From a bacterium (GTDB lineage: Bacteria; Verrucomicrobiota; Verrucomicrobiia; Chthoniobacterales; JAFAMB01): a DNA stretch of 59,391 nucleotides. This document shows, piece after piece, positions 19,798-29,072 of the stretch. Position 1 is the first letter of the stretch. Every line of letters starts with the position of its first letter. A program made the position numbers and the translations under genes. The stretch covers positions 1 to 59,391 of the forward strand of contig JBKPBY010000150.1 in assembly GCA_046727075.1 (NCBI GenBank), written 5' to 3'. Under the pieces are notes generated by a model, which had not been told where the DNA came from, did not search any database, and saw only the letters and a list, made by a program, of their open reading frames with translations.

Positions 19798-21027
19798 TTG
19801 CACGCTCATATCGCCCCGGAAGTGCACGGATCAGCCAAATTGCCCTGCGTTAGGGTATTCGTTATCCTTTTCCTGATCGGTTGGCTTCTGCCTACTGGAC
19901 GAGTGTTTGCTCAGTTTGTGTCTCAGGAGCACCCGGTTCGACGCGACGAGATCAGGATTGGCATGTCCTGCTCTCAGACTGGACGGAGCGCATTTGTGGG
20001 TGATGCAATAAAGCGAGGATGCCAAGCCTATTTTTCCAGAGTCAATCGGGAGGGCGGAGTTTTCGGGCGGAAACTGGTGCTGGTGTCTTATGACGATCGG
20101 AATGAGCCGCTGGAGGCTGTGGCCAATACCCAGCGTCTGATTAATACAGATCAGGTATTTGCATTAATCGGCTTCAACGGGGCAGCGAATTGTCGAGCCG
20201 TGCTACCCGTGCTAAATGACGCTCGCATTGTTTTGGTAGGGCCGGTAACTGGCGCTGCCGGATTGCGTGACCCTGTTCAAGAGATGGTCTTTAACACGCG
20301 ACCGAGTCATGAAGAAGAAATAGAGATGCTGATTGACCGAATGGTTTCGGATCTGAAGGTGACTCGAATAGCAATTCTTTGTCAGAAGGACAGTTTTGGA
20401 GAGGGTGGCAAAGCGAGTACTATCAAGGCGCTCGAGAGCCGGGGGCTTAGCTTGGCAGCGGAAGGCTGGTGTGTTCGCAATTCGGCGGATGTGCAGAATG
20501 CGCTGAACGCGATCGTTGCAGCGAAGCCGGAAGCGATCGTTATGTTTGGGGCGTACAAAGCGTGCGCAGAGTTTGTCAGAAGAGCAAAAGGGCTGGGACT
20601 TAACAAGATCCCTTATTGCCTCCTTACATCCGCAGCGAGCGAGGATTTCATAAAACTCCTTGGCTCCCAAGCCGACGGAACACTGGTTCCAGAGGTCGTC
20701 CCCTCGCCGCTGGATGCCTCTCTGGAATTGGTTCGCAATTATCAGGCGGATATGAGAGCGACCGATGATCAAAACTTCGATCATGGAAGTTTGGAGGGTT
20801 ACGTCAATGCGTTCGTGCTGACCGACGCGTTGCGGCGGGCGGGAGACAACCTAACCCAAGAAACGTTCGTTCGTGCGCTTGAAGCGACTGATCTGGACTT
20901 TGGCGCATTTCGAGTGCGCTTTACTTCTAAGTCGCATGATGGAAACGACAAAGTCTTTTTGACGAAAGTGAAGGAGGGACAATTGGTAACAGTGGATAGG
21001 CTTTCTTGGGCAGACTTTGGGAGGTAG
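19798..21027 (+). CDS. Periplasmic solute-binding protein, LivK/type-1 PBP family
   Basis: 409 aa with an N-terminal hydrophobic signal. Alternating beta-alpha pattern resembles branched-chain amino acid/amide binding proteins. Stop codon lies 2 nt before the kinase start. TTG start is uncertain. Confidence 0.75.
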   Translation: MHAHIAPEVHGSAKLPCVRVFVILFLIGWLLPTGRVFAQFVSQEHPVRRDEIRIGMSCSQTGRSAFVGDAIKRGCQAYFSRVNREGGVFGRKLVLVSYDDRNEPLEAVANTQRLINTDQVFALIGFNGAANCRAVLPVLNDARIVLVGPVTGAAGLRDPVQEMVFNTRPSHEEEIEMLIDRMVSDLKVTRIAILCQKDSFGEGGKASTIKALESRGLSLAAEGWCVRNSADVQNALNAIVAAKPEAIVMFGAYKACAEFVRRAKGLGLNKIPYCLLTSAASEDFIKLLGSQADGTLVPEVVPSPLDASLELVRNYQADMRATDDQNFDHGSLEGYVNAFVLTDALRRAGDNLTQETFVRALEATDLDFGAFRVRFTSKSHDGNDKVFLTKVKEGQLVTVDRLSWADFGR

Positions 21028-21029
21028 TA

Positions 21030-24000
21030 GTGCGCGAGCAATGGAATGATCGTAAAGGTTCCGGAGTGTTGCCGAGCGGCGTCTTGACGATCCGTTCCAA
21101 GATACTCCTTTTTTCGGTTGTCATCGGAGTTTTGATTTTGGCCACTCTCGCGATCGTAGCGTATGCCTTGTCGGCAAACGCTCTTCGACGGGTTCGGCTG
21201 GACGGATTTCAGTCTCTCCGGACGTCGCTCTCGCAAAGCATCCAGTCATTCATACTCAACCAGCGACGAGAGAACGCGGCGCAATCAGATGTGCAGACCT
21301 TCCGCTACGCTGTTAGCGAGTTGTCTGGAGGTTACCGCAACCTGGTCAAGGAGCTTGAGTCGACTGGCTTTCAAGTGAATGACCAGTTCTTACGGATGGT
21401 TCACGAGGATCTGCGGCACGCATATGAAGCCCGGCCAATGGCGGCCCTCCAAGAGATCGGAATGGCAACGGGCAGCTTTGATGAGTTCGCCGGGCTCAGC
21501 CGGGAAGCCGCAATTTTACAATACGTTTACATCGTGAAAAACCCGGTCTCTACCGGTGGGAGGTCTTACACCAGTTCAACCGATGAAATCTCGAAAAGCG
21601 AAAATCTTCCGCCCGATTTCAGAATGGCATTCGCAAAGACGACGTTCGCGCGCGCAATGGAGCGCTACCAGCCGCTGTTTGAAACGCTCCAGCGGCGGAG
21701 CAAATACTTCGACCTGGTGCTAATCGATGACCAGGGAAACGTTGTTTATACATTTGACCAGACCTGGGACTTTGGCACCAACGTTCTAACCGGCTGGCGT
21801 AACCATTCCAATCTCAAGAAAATATTTTTGGGTGCTTGGTATGCCCCAACGGAAAAGGGCGATCCGACGTCAGGGGACCAAGTCTTGGTGACCGATCTGG
21901 AACGCTATCCAGCGGCCTATGGGGCCCCGATGATGTTCTTGGGCTCTACGATAAACAATCGATTGGGCGGCCGGCTGGGAGCCATCATCCACAAGATCTC
22001 CGGAAGCGCCTTTACCGAAATGGTCACATTTGATCGACGATGGGAGGCGGTCGGTCTCGGAAAGACCGGAGAGGCTTATATCGTGGGCCCTGACCGGAGA
22101 CTTCGAACCGAGTCCCGTTTTGTGACGGAATTGCCGGCAAAAATGGTCTCGTCTTCGTTCAGCCTGAACGGCGCCAAAGGGCCGCCCACCGCGATTCTTG
22201 GTCCGGTGCTGCAGAACCGGGCCGTCGAAAATCTCTACGCTGGTGATCTGCTTGCCAACGCGGGAACCGTCACCTTTTACGATGATCTGGGCGGAGAAGC
22301 GCTAGGCGTTTTTGCGCCGCTACAGATCCCCGGTCTTGACTGGGGGCTCGTCGTAAAAATCAGTACTGATGAAGCGTTTGCCCCTGCGACGCAGCTGACC
22401 CGTCTAATGGCGGCTGCGGGCGTTATTATTCTATCGCTGGCCGTTCTCGGAGCGCTTTGGTTCGGATACTTCCTTGCGCGGCCGATTGGGGAGCTGGTTG
22501 CGACCGCAGAGAAAATCAGGGCGGGAGACCATACGGCGCGTGCCTCAGTTTCCAGCCGGGATGAGATCGGGTTTCTGGCAGGGCGTTTCAATTCGATGAT
22601 CGACCAGGTCGAAGAGCGCAACCAGCACCTGCGCAAGATTCTCCGGACAGTAAAAGAAGGGCTTTTCCTAATGGGACCCGACCTTGTGATTCAGCCGGGC
22701 TACTCCCGTGCGACCGAAGAGATCTTCCGACGAAAGATCGAGGGGATGAATTTCCTCGATCTATTTGGGACGGACACAATTTCTCCGCATACGCTTTCGG
22801 CGACCAGGTATTATCTGGAGCTGTTGCTCGACCCACGGATCAAGGAAAAATTGATCCAGCAGACCAATCCGTTGAGTGAGGTAGAGTACCGCATCATCGA
22901 TCAGCAAGGATCGACTCACACCAAGTTTCTGGAGTTTCGCTTTAATCGCGTGGTCGAAGCAGGGAAGACTGTTCAAATAATGGTGACGGTCGTCGATGCG
23001 ACATCTCGCATCGCCTTGGGTAAACAGATTCGAGAGAACGAAGCCAGGGCTCGATCCCAGATCGAAATGTTGTTCGGAATTCTGCACGTCGAGCCGAGTC
23101 TATTGGCTGAGTTTCTCCGATGTGCCGACGTAGAGATTAGCGGGATGCTTGGGTTGCTTGAGGCCCAGCACTACGAGAGCGACGGAGCAGAATCGAATAC
23201 GGAGCGCTCTAACCGCTACACGGAGCTGCTCAACAAGATTTTTCGATCGATTCATTTGATCAAAGGAAACGCCGGTATGCTTCGGCTTTCCTATTTTGAG
23301 AGCCTGGCCAACCAACTGGAAGAGCGACTCGCCGCTCTCCGAGGAAAGCAGAATCTCTCCGGTGAGCAATTTCTACCGATTACCAGCGGGCTGGCTTCGT
23401 TACTGGAGCAGACAAAAATGGCTGAGGAGTTACTTAACCGGCTGTTTTCAAAGGAGGCGGTCCAAACCGAGGGTCAGATCGATTTTCGGCCTCTGGCTGA
23501 CCTGGCGAAAGAGATCGCCGATCGGACCGGGAAGAAGGTACGGGTCGAGGTCGATATCCCACGGGAGGTCGGGCAGCTGTCGGACCGATTACGTGAACCG
23601 ATCCAGGCATCCCTCGTTCAGTTGGTTAGGAACGCAGTAACCCACGGAATAGAGACTCCGGCCGAACGCCTTGTCCGGAGGAAGGACGCGACCGGCGTGA
23701 TTCAGATCTTGGGCGGATGGAACAATGGCCGAGGCGGGAGAAGGCTCTGGTTTACGGTTAGAGACGATGGTCATGGAATTAGTTATCGCGTATTGAAAGA
23801 GCGGGCGGTACAACTTGGGTACGCTAGTATGAAAACGATCGAGTCATGGACCGAGCGACAACTCATCGAGCTTTTGTTTGATCCAGGATTCACCACCATG
23901 GATTCGCCAACAATGGATGGTGGGCGAGGTATAGGATTAGATGCTGTGCGTGATGTAGTGCGGAGAGCGGGAGGCTCTCTCAGACTTTCGGCAGAAGAAG

Positions 24001-24041
24001 GTAAGTTCTGCCAGGTGCGTCTAGACATTCCGACGACATGA
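21030..24041 (+). CDS. Transmembrane sensor kinase: Cache-like periplasmic domain, HAMP, PAS-like, then CheA-type HPt and HATPase domains
   Basis: GTG 21030 is preceded by GGGAGG. Two TM helices flank a periplasmic region of about 400 aa. HAMP segment (RPIGELV...DEIGFLAGRFNSM). HPt motif SIHLIKGNAGML. CheA-like N-box LVQLVRNAVTHGIE, G1 VRDDGHGI, G2 GGRGIGLDAV. No CheW-like C-terminal domain could be recognised by eye. Confidence 0.8.
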   Translation: MREQWNDRKGSGVLPSGVLTIRSKILLFSVVIGVLILATLAIVAYALSANALRRVRLDGFQSLRTSLSQSIQSFILNQRRENAAQSDVQTFRYAVSELSGGYRNLVKELESTGFQVNDQFLRMVHEDLRHAYEARPMAALQEIGMATGSFDEFAGLSREAAILQYVYIVKNPVSTGGRSYTSSTDEISKSENLPPDFRMAFAKTTFARAMERYQPLFETLQRRSKYFDLVLIDDQGNVVYTFDQTWDFGTNVLTGWRNHSNLKKIFLGAWYAPTEKGDPTSGDQVLVTDLERYPAAYGAPMMFLGSTINNRLGGRLGAIIHKISGSAFTEMVTFDRRWEAVGLGKTGEAYIVGPDRRLRTESRFVTELPAKMVSSSFSLNGAKGPPTAILGPVLQNRAVENLYAGDLLANAGTVTFYDDLGGEALGVFAPLQIPGLDWGLVVKISTDEAFAPATQLTRLMAAAGVIILSLAVLGALWFGYFLARPIGELVATAEKIRAGDHTARASVSSRDEIGFLAGRFNSMIDQVEERNQHLRKILRTVKEGLFLMGPDLVIQPGYSRATEEIFRRKIEGMNFLDLFGTDTISPHTLSATRYYLELLLDPRIKEKLIQQTNPLSEVEYRIIDQQGSTHTKFLEFRFNRVVEAGKTVQIMVTVVDATSRIALGKQIRENEARARSQIEMLFGILHVEPSLLAEFLRCADVEISGMLGLLEAQHYESDGAESNTERSNRYTELLNKIFRSIHLIKGNAGMLRLSYFESLANQLEERLAALRGKQNLSGEQFLPITSGLASLLEQTKMAEELLNRLFSKEAVQTEGQIDFRPLADLAKEIADRTGKKVRVEVDIPREVGQLSDRLREPIQASLVQLVRNAVTHGIETPAERLVRRKDATGVIQILGGWNNGRGGRRLWFTVRDDGHGISYRVLKERAVQLGYASMKTIESWTERQLIELLFDPGFTTMDSPTMDGGRGIGLDAVRDVVRRAGGSLRLSAEEGKFCQVRLDIPTT

Positions 24042-24397
24042 AACTTCTTATCGTTGACGACTCGAGCGTCGTCAGGCGCGCAATCGAGCGCGATCTTCAA
24101 TCGGGAGAAATCAGCGAAGTCGATCAAGCCGCGACCGGTGAAGAAGCGGTTCGGCTGTATACAGCAAAGCAGCATGACGTTGTGACGCTTGATATTACGA
24201 TGCCTGGAATGGACGGATTGACTTGTCTCGACAAGATTATCGAGATCAATCCGGAAGCGCGCGTGTTAATCATTTCGGCGTTACGGGACAAGGCGACGGC
24301 AATCGATGCGGTGAAGCGGGGAGCAAGCGGGTTTCTTTGCAAGCCGATTAATCCATCTGAACTTAAGGAGGCCTTCCAGCTACTGATCGAAGACTAG
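24038..24397 (+). CDS. CheY-like single-domain response regulator
   Basis: 119 aa. LIVDDS, phospho-acceptor context TLDITMPGMDG, and conserved K in FLCKP. ATGA overlap with the kinase. Confidence 0.88.
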   Translation: MKLLIVDDSSVVRRAIERDLQSGEISEVDQAATGEEAVRLYTAKQHDVVTLDITMPGMDGLTCLDKIIEINPEARVLIISALRDKATAIDAVKRGASGFLCKPINPSELKEAFQLLIED

Positions 24398-24433
24398 GTA
24401 CCCTAGTGTCCGTTGTAGAGAAGTCTTATTGGT

Positions 24434-24889
24434 ATGCAGGACAAAGACATTGAGGTATTCATCGCAGGCGCTCGCAGATACTTCGAGTCGCTCGGTTCAG
24501 AGTCTTCGGTTTTGATCGAGCCGCCTTTCCTCAAAAACGACAACCGGCCCTTTCTTGAGCTGACCGGTATGATCGACATTTCGGGTCAAGCTCATGGGGC
24601 CGTCGGCTTCACGGCCACTCGTGCGATGCTTGAAACCATTCTCAAGTCACTGCATGAGGACTGGATTGATCAAGATGCCGCAGCCGACCTAGTGGGCGAG
24701 GTTGCAAACACGCTTAGCGGAAACGCGCGAGAAGAATTCGGCAGCGAATTCAAGATCTCCGTTCCGGTAGTATTGAAGAACCAGGAAGCTGCAGCCCGAT
24801 TCCCGAAAGAGAATCGGAACTACGTAATTCCGGTCGTGTGGCGTGGAGAAAAGGCGTACCTCCTGGTATCCGTTCAGACGACCAGGTAA
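24434..24889 (+). CDS. CheX-family chemotaxis phosphatase-like protein
   Basis: 151 aa. Resembles the CheC/CheX fold family (ISGQAHGAVGF, GEVANTLSGNA). Lies downstream of the CheY. Confidence 0.7.
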   Translation: MQDKDIEVFIAGARRYFESLGSESSVLIEPPFLKNDNRPFLELTGMIDISGQAHGAVGFTATRAMLETILKSLHEDWIDQDAAADLVGEVANTLSGNAREEFGSEFKISVPVVLKNQEAAARFPKENRNYVIPVVWRGEKAYLLVSVQTTR

Positions 24890-25130
24890 CAGCTTGGGAG
24901 CTATCATTCCTGATTGCTGCCGTCGCTCGCATCGCCACAACCAGATTTCGTTCTCGTCCTCATCCTCGTTCTCGTTCTCGATTACGGGGGACGACGACGA
25001 GGACGAGAGGAAGTTGAACGCAGTTGCCTGCACGTTCACGGCACCGGAAGAAAATGAAACGGCGATACGGCGACATGCGAGACGGCGATTTTATTCGAAG
25101 GCAACAACCGAAAACCGAAAACGGATAATT

Positions 25131-25148
25131 GGAATGCGAAAGCATTCC
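25131..25148 (-). terminator. Hairpin GGAATGC-GAAA-GCATTCC directly after the TPR-protein stop, followed on the minus strand by GTTTTCGGTTTTCGG
   Basis: 7-bp stem with a GNRA loop. An interrupted T-rich tract lies downstream on the minus strand. Confidence 0.5.
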
Positions 25149-25152
25149 ACGC

Positions 25153-27711
25153 CTATCCAGACTTAGCTGCCCGCAATTGATAGTTCGGGAATCGGCTCTT
25201 TAAATCGGATAATGTCTTTGTTGCCTGGGGTTCGTCCCCGGCCTTTTGAAACGCTTGATACGCTCTTTCTAGGGCACGCGGCGTCACATCCGGGTCCTCG
25301 TAGAGCACGGCAACACTCATATAAGATTTCGCCGCGTTTTCGTAGTTACCCCGAGCTTCTTCGACTTCACCGATTTGCATCCGGGCGTCCGCGTTCAATT
25401 TACCTTCGGGCTGCAAAGTCAACGCTTGTTCAGCAGACCTCGTTGCAGAGTCCAGGTCCTTTAAACCTAGCTGCGCCTTGCTCAGCACCAGAAAACCCTG
25501 GGCACGCTCGGGCGGCTCGGTCACCAGTGTCAGATACCGATCACTGGTTTGCTTGGCGTTTTGGAAGTCATTTAGTTCGTTGTACGAACGAGCCAAGATG
25601 TACCAGGTTCCCTTGTCCACTTTGTCCGGGTCGGTACTCTTGGTCAGCAGGCCCAGGTATTTCGCAGCGCCGGTGAAGTTTTTTTCGTTGTAGTATTCGG
25701 TTCCCAACCAGCGACAGATGTCGGTGACTAAAGCCCCCTGTTGAGGATCTTTTTCGACAAACGCATCGATCTCTTTGGCGAGTTCCGTTTTCTTATTCAG
25801 GTGCTGATAACAGAGCATCAACCTGAGAGAGGCGCGCTGAGTGTACTCGGCTGGATTCAGTTCACGTGCTTTGATCAGAGGTTCGATAGCATCCGCAAAT
25901 TGCTTGCCCTCGAACGCAGACCAACCAATCCAGTAATAGGCTTGAGGGGTGCCGGCACCGTTTGGATATTCCTTGAGCAGCTGGCGGAATGTCGCAACCA
26001 TCTCCGGATAGGCCGCCTGTTGACCCAGGGTCAACCCCTTTTGCAGCATCGCCGTTTCTCGCTCGGCACAGGCTGGGTAATTAGAAATGATCCTTCCGAA
26101 GTCTGCGACTGCGGCTGAGAAATTCTTTGAGTCCTGGTATAGCGTGGCCCGTTTGAATAATGCTTTCGGAGCCATTGGATGCTTCGGGAATCGCCCGATT
26201 AATCCGGAGAACGCCTGGATCGCTCCGAGCGACTCCTTGATCTGAACCAGGGCGTAGCCCTCAGCGTAATAGCAATCGGCTTTGTATTGATCCGGCAGAG
26301 AGGAATTGGTGAGTTCGTGGTAAAGCCTTGCTGCTGGTTCGAATCGGTTCTGTTGAACGAGAGCTTGTGCTTTCAACAGTCTAGCCTTGTCCGCACGATC
26401 CCGGGCAGGGCCTGTTGCCAGGTACGCATCTACTTCGTTGATGAGAGTGGGATCTTTGATCGCGTCGAGAGAGACCAGCCTCTGGTAGCGCGCGTCATAG
26501 GCTTCGGGGGTGTTGGAGTACTGCCGGATTAATTGGTTGTAGATCTCCAGAGCCTTTTGGTGCTTGCTCAGTTGCCGATATGAATTTGCGACAAGCAAAA
26601 GCACACTTGGCTTGGTTTCGTCATTGAGCGAATTGGCATTCTTTGCGAAAGAATCAAGAACCTGAGAAAATTTGTCGCCTTCGTACTGGAGTTTCATCTG
26701 TTCCAACTGGGCGATCTGGTTCCATTTTCCTGCCGCATTCAGAGCAATCGCGGCTTTGAAAAGTTGATCTGCCTTGTCCTTTTGCTTCAGGTCGGCAGCA
26801 AGAATCCCGGCTCTGGTCAGCGCTTCAGCGCGTACCTGTGATTTGATGGCGCTGGTCCCGAGGTCATCGAATAGATCGAACGCTTGCTGTTTCTGATTAT
26901 TTTCGAGTGCAAAGTACGCCAGAGAGAGTCGTGCAGCGTCTCGATAAGGATTCTTTTCCTTGATTTTAGCAACATCTTCGTAGGCTGTTTTGGCACCCGA
27001 TTTCTGATTGCTCAGCTCAAGGCATTTCGCCTGGTAATAGCGTGCCGTAAGCTTGACCTCAGGAGACTTTGCATTGTCATACGCTTTTTCGTAAAGCGAC
27101 GCCGCGTCCGGAAAATCTTTCTCGTCGAATGCTCGAGACGCTAGTCGGAACGCTGCGCTTCCGACAAATTCGCCGCCAGTGCCGCTGTTGACGAGCATCC
27201 GATAGGTATTGAGGGCCGGTAATTCCTGGCCGAGATGAGAATATGAATCGGCCAGTCGATACATTGCTGAAGCGCGACCGGAATCGTTCGCGAATTGGCC
27301 GAGATACTTCTCATATTCAGGTATGGCGAGGTCATACATTTTTCGAATGTACAGGCCGTCAGCGATAGCGAGTTGAGCCTTGGCCGGATCGCTTCCCTTC
27401 GCGCTTTCCTTTTGACCCGGCGCTAGCCGTATTTCGTCTTGTGTCTGATCTTTCGGCTGTGAGTCGGGCTCCGCTGCGCTGCCTTTGGAGGATCTTGCGT
27501 CCGGCTGAACTCTGGGGGGTCGCTCGGCCTCTTCGGCCGAGGGGAGGCGTTCATTTAGAATTGAATTCTCTTCAGGGTGAACCGGTTGTGCTCTTGGAGC
27601 CGGAATAGGAGTCGGAGCTGGGACGACGGGCAAGGCTCGCCGTACCTCTTGACCCTGGAGCGTGAATGCCAGCCCCACACTGCAAACGACCAATCGCCAA
27701 ACGCGCATCAT
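25153..27711 (-). CDS. Secreted Pro-rich / multi-TPR repeat protein, third gene of the exbB-exbD operon
   Basis: 852 aa. Signal peptide MMRVWRLVVCSVGLAFTLQG. Pro-rich linker (PVVPAPTPIPAPRAQPVHPEE...RPPRVQP). About 700 aa with TPR-like A/Y/L periodicity. ATGA overlap with exbD. Confidence 0.75.
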   Translation of the reverse strand: MMRVWRLVVCSVGLAFTLQGQEVRRALPVVPAPTPIPAPRAQPVHPEENSILNERLPSAEEAERPPRVQPDARSSKGSAAEPDSQPKDQTQDEIRLAPGQKESAKGSDPAKAQLAIADGLYIRKMYDLAIPEYEKYLGQFANDSGRASAMYRLADSYSHLGQELPALNTYRMLVNSGTGGEFVGSAAFRLASRAFDEKDFPDAASLYEKAYDNAKSPEVKLTARYYQAKCLELSNQKSGAKTAYEDVAKIKEKNPYRDAARLSLAYFALENNQKQQAFDLFDDLGTSAIKSQVRAEALTRAGILAADLKQKDKADQLFKAAIALNAAGKWNQIAQLEQMKLQYEGDKFSQVLDSFAKNANSLNDETKPSVLLLVANSYRQLSKHQKALEIYNQLIRQYSNTPEAYDARYQRLVSLDAIKDPTLINEVDAYLATGPARDRADKARLLKAQALVQQNRFEPAARLYHELTNSSLPDQYKADCYYAEGYALVQIKESLGAIQAFSGLIGRFPKHPMAPKALFKRATLYQDSKNFSAAVADFGRIISNYPACAERETAMLQKGLTLGQQAAYPEMVATFRQLLKEYPNGAGTPQAYYWIGWSAFEGKQFADAIEPLIKARELNPAEYTQRASLRLMLCYQHLNKKTELAKEIDAFVEKDPQQGALVTDICRWLGTEYYNEKNFTGAAKYLGLLTKSTDPDKVDKGTWYILARSYNELNDFQNAKQTSDRYLTLVTEPPERAQGFLVLSKAQLGLKDLDSATRSAEQALTLQPEGKLNADARMQIGEVEEARGNYENAAKSYMSVAVLYEDPDVTPRALERAYQAFQKAGDEPQATKTLSDLKSRFPNYQLRAAKSG

Positions 27712-28124
27712 TGATCCGGCTTGCCCGTCGCAAACGCGACGTTCCAGATATCGGCCTGGCGGCAGATGTCGAGCACATCGACGATGTGCTTATAATCGAC
27801 GCTCTGATCGCCGCGGACAATAACGGCCTGGTCTGGATAAAGCTGAGAGAGTTTCTTGAGTTGTTCCAGTAAATCCTGGGGACTCTTTTGCTGACGATTC
27901 ACAATGATCGTTCCGTTGGCCGTCACATTCACAACGATTTGACCGACGTAAGGTTGCTGTTCATTGGCTTTGGTCGCCGTCGGCACTTTGACGTCCAGCT
28001 CGTTCTCGCTGAGCGCGAAGTTCCAGGTCACGATGAAAAAGACCAGAATGACCAACAGAATATCTACCATTGGCGCGATCATGAACCCCAGAATGCGAGG
28101 TTCCGCATGTTTGCGAAAATTCAT
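27708..28124 (-). CDS. exbD: Biopolymer transport protein ExbD/TolR
   Basis: 138 aa. A single N-terminal TM (PMVDILLVILVFFIV) followed by a periplasmic domain typical of ExbD/TolR. Confidence 0.88.
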   Translation of the reverse strand: MNFRKHAEPRILGFMIAPMVDILLVILVFFIVTWNFALSENELDVKVPTATKANEQQPYVGQIVVNVTANGTIIVNRQQKSPQDLLEQLKKLSQLYPDQAVIVRGDQSVDYKHIVDVLDICRQADIWNVAFATGKPDQ

Positions 28125-28134
28125 TTCAGATCTA

Positions 28135-28884
28135 CTAAACCTCGTCGCCTTCCAGGATCCGGGATCGTTCTGGACGGTGAAGCTGCTGTTGCGACGTGAT
28201 CACATTTACAATGTGCGATGTCGCAGACTCTAACTCCGAGACCATGGAGCCGACTTTTCCGCGAAAAACCGAATAGAACGTCATGGCTAGGATGCCGATG
28301 ATAAGACCTGCCGCAGTGGCTACAAGCGCTTCGGAAACTCCCTGCGCAAGGAGCAGAGGACGCGGCTGATTGGTGTTGCTGGCAAGGATTCCGAACGAGT
28401 GGATAATTCCGACAACCGTTCCGAGCAGACCCAACATTGGAGAAAGCGTTGCGATATCCGCCAGGTAAGCGATTCGATGATTTAAACTACTGGCGACTCG
28501 AGCACCTTCCGTTTCCGCGACCTCGCGAATGGCATCCGGAGTAGCAGCAGGGTTCCTTGTTGCGAAATCTAATGTTCGCCCTGTGATCCGGGCAATCGCT
28601 TCTGAGTGACGATTTGAGACCGCGATCAATCCAAGATAATCGCGTTTTCGGAGTAGAGCTTCAGCCGTGTCCATGAACCGGCGCGTCACAACGGTTCCTC
28701 GCCGCAGACTGAACAGACAGGCAAAGATCAATGCCACCAGTATCAACGAAGCAATACCCAGCGGCCACATAACCCATCCGCCTGCCTGCAGAACCTTAAG
28801 CAATGTTGCCTGGGGAGTTTGGGTGGGCGGTGCCGCTCCAGCCTGGGCCAGCAGCGGTATCAAGCAAGGGCCAAAAAGATTCAT
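28135..28884 (-). CDS. exbB: MotA/TolQ/ExbB proton-channel protein
   Basis: Three TM helices. C-terminal motif GVSEALVATAAGLIIGI. Start set at ATG 28884 (MNLFGPCL). The upstream extension to 29064 runs through a 9-bp DNA repeat and is rejected. Confidence 0.85.
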   Translation of the reverse strand: MNLFGPCLIPLLAQAGAAPPTQTPQATLLKVLQAGGWVMWPLGIASLILVALIFACLFSLRRGTVVTRRFMDTAEALLRKRDYLGLIAVSNRHSEAIARITGRTLDFATRNPAATPDAIREVAETEGARVASSLNHRIAYLADIATLSPMLGLLGTVVGIIHSFGILASNTNQPRPLLLAQGVSEALVATAAGLIIGILAMTFYSVFRGKVGSMVSELESATSHIVNVITSQQQLHRPERSRILEGDEV

Positions 28885-28935
28885 GCCTTTTAAGCTGCTA
28901 CTTAAATGCACCTGAGGCGGAAGTGCAAATGGAAC

Positions 28936-28989
28936 GCCAACATTGCCTGCATCGCCGACATTGCCAACATCGCCGACACCGCCGGCAAC
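28936..28989. repeat. Six tandem 9-bp units (GCCAACATT GCCTGCATC GCCGACATT GCCAACATC GCCGACACC GCCGGCAAC)
   Basis: Read directly from the sequence. 28949-28978 matches 53883-53912 at 29 of 30 positions. Confidence 0.85.
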
Positions 28990-29072
28990 TGTTCCAGCTT
29001 GGATCGTTTTGCGTTCGCCCACGCCTATGACTTCGATTCCGCCCGGCGCAAGGCAACTCCGCATGGGACTCC

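Noticed and set aside
28936-28989. Possibility that the tandem 7- to 9-bp repeats (28.9, 33.5, 34.6, 52.3 and 53.9 kb) are CRISPR arrays
   Set aside because: The units are 7-9 bp and directly abutting with no spacers. No cas genes are present, and CRISPR repeats are much longer with unique spacers between them.
28885-29064. N-terminal extension of the exbB ORF, translating as GGVGDVGNVGDAGNVG
   Set aside because: The extension runs through the 9-bp tandem DNA repeat. It has no signal or TM character. The internal ATG at 28884 gives a normal ExbB N-terminus, and similar repeats occur at non-coding loci.
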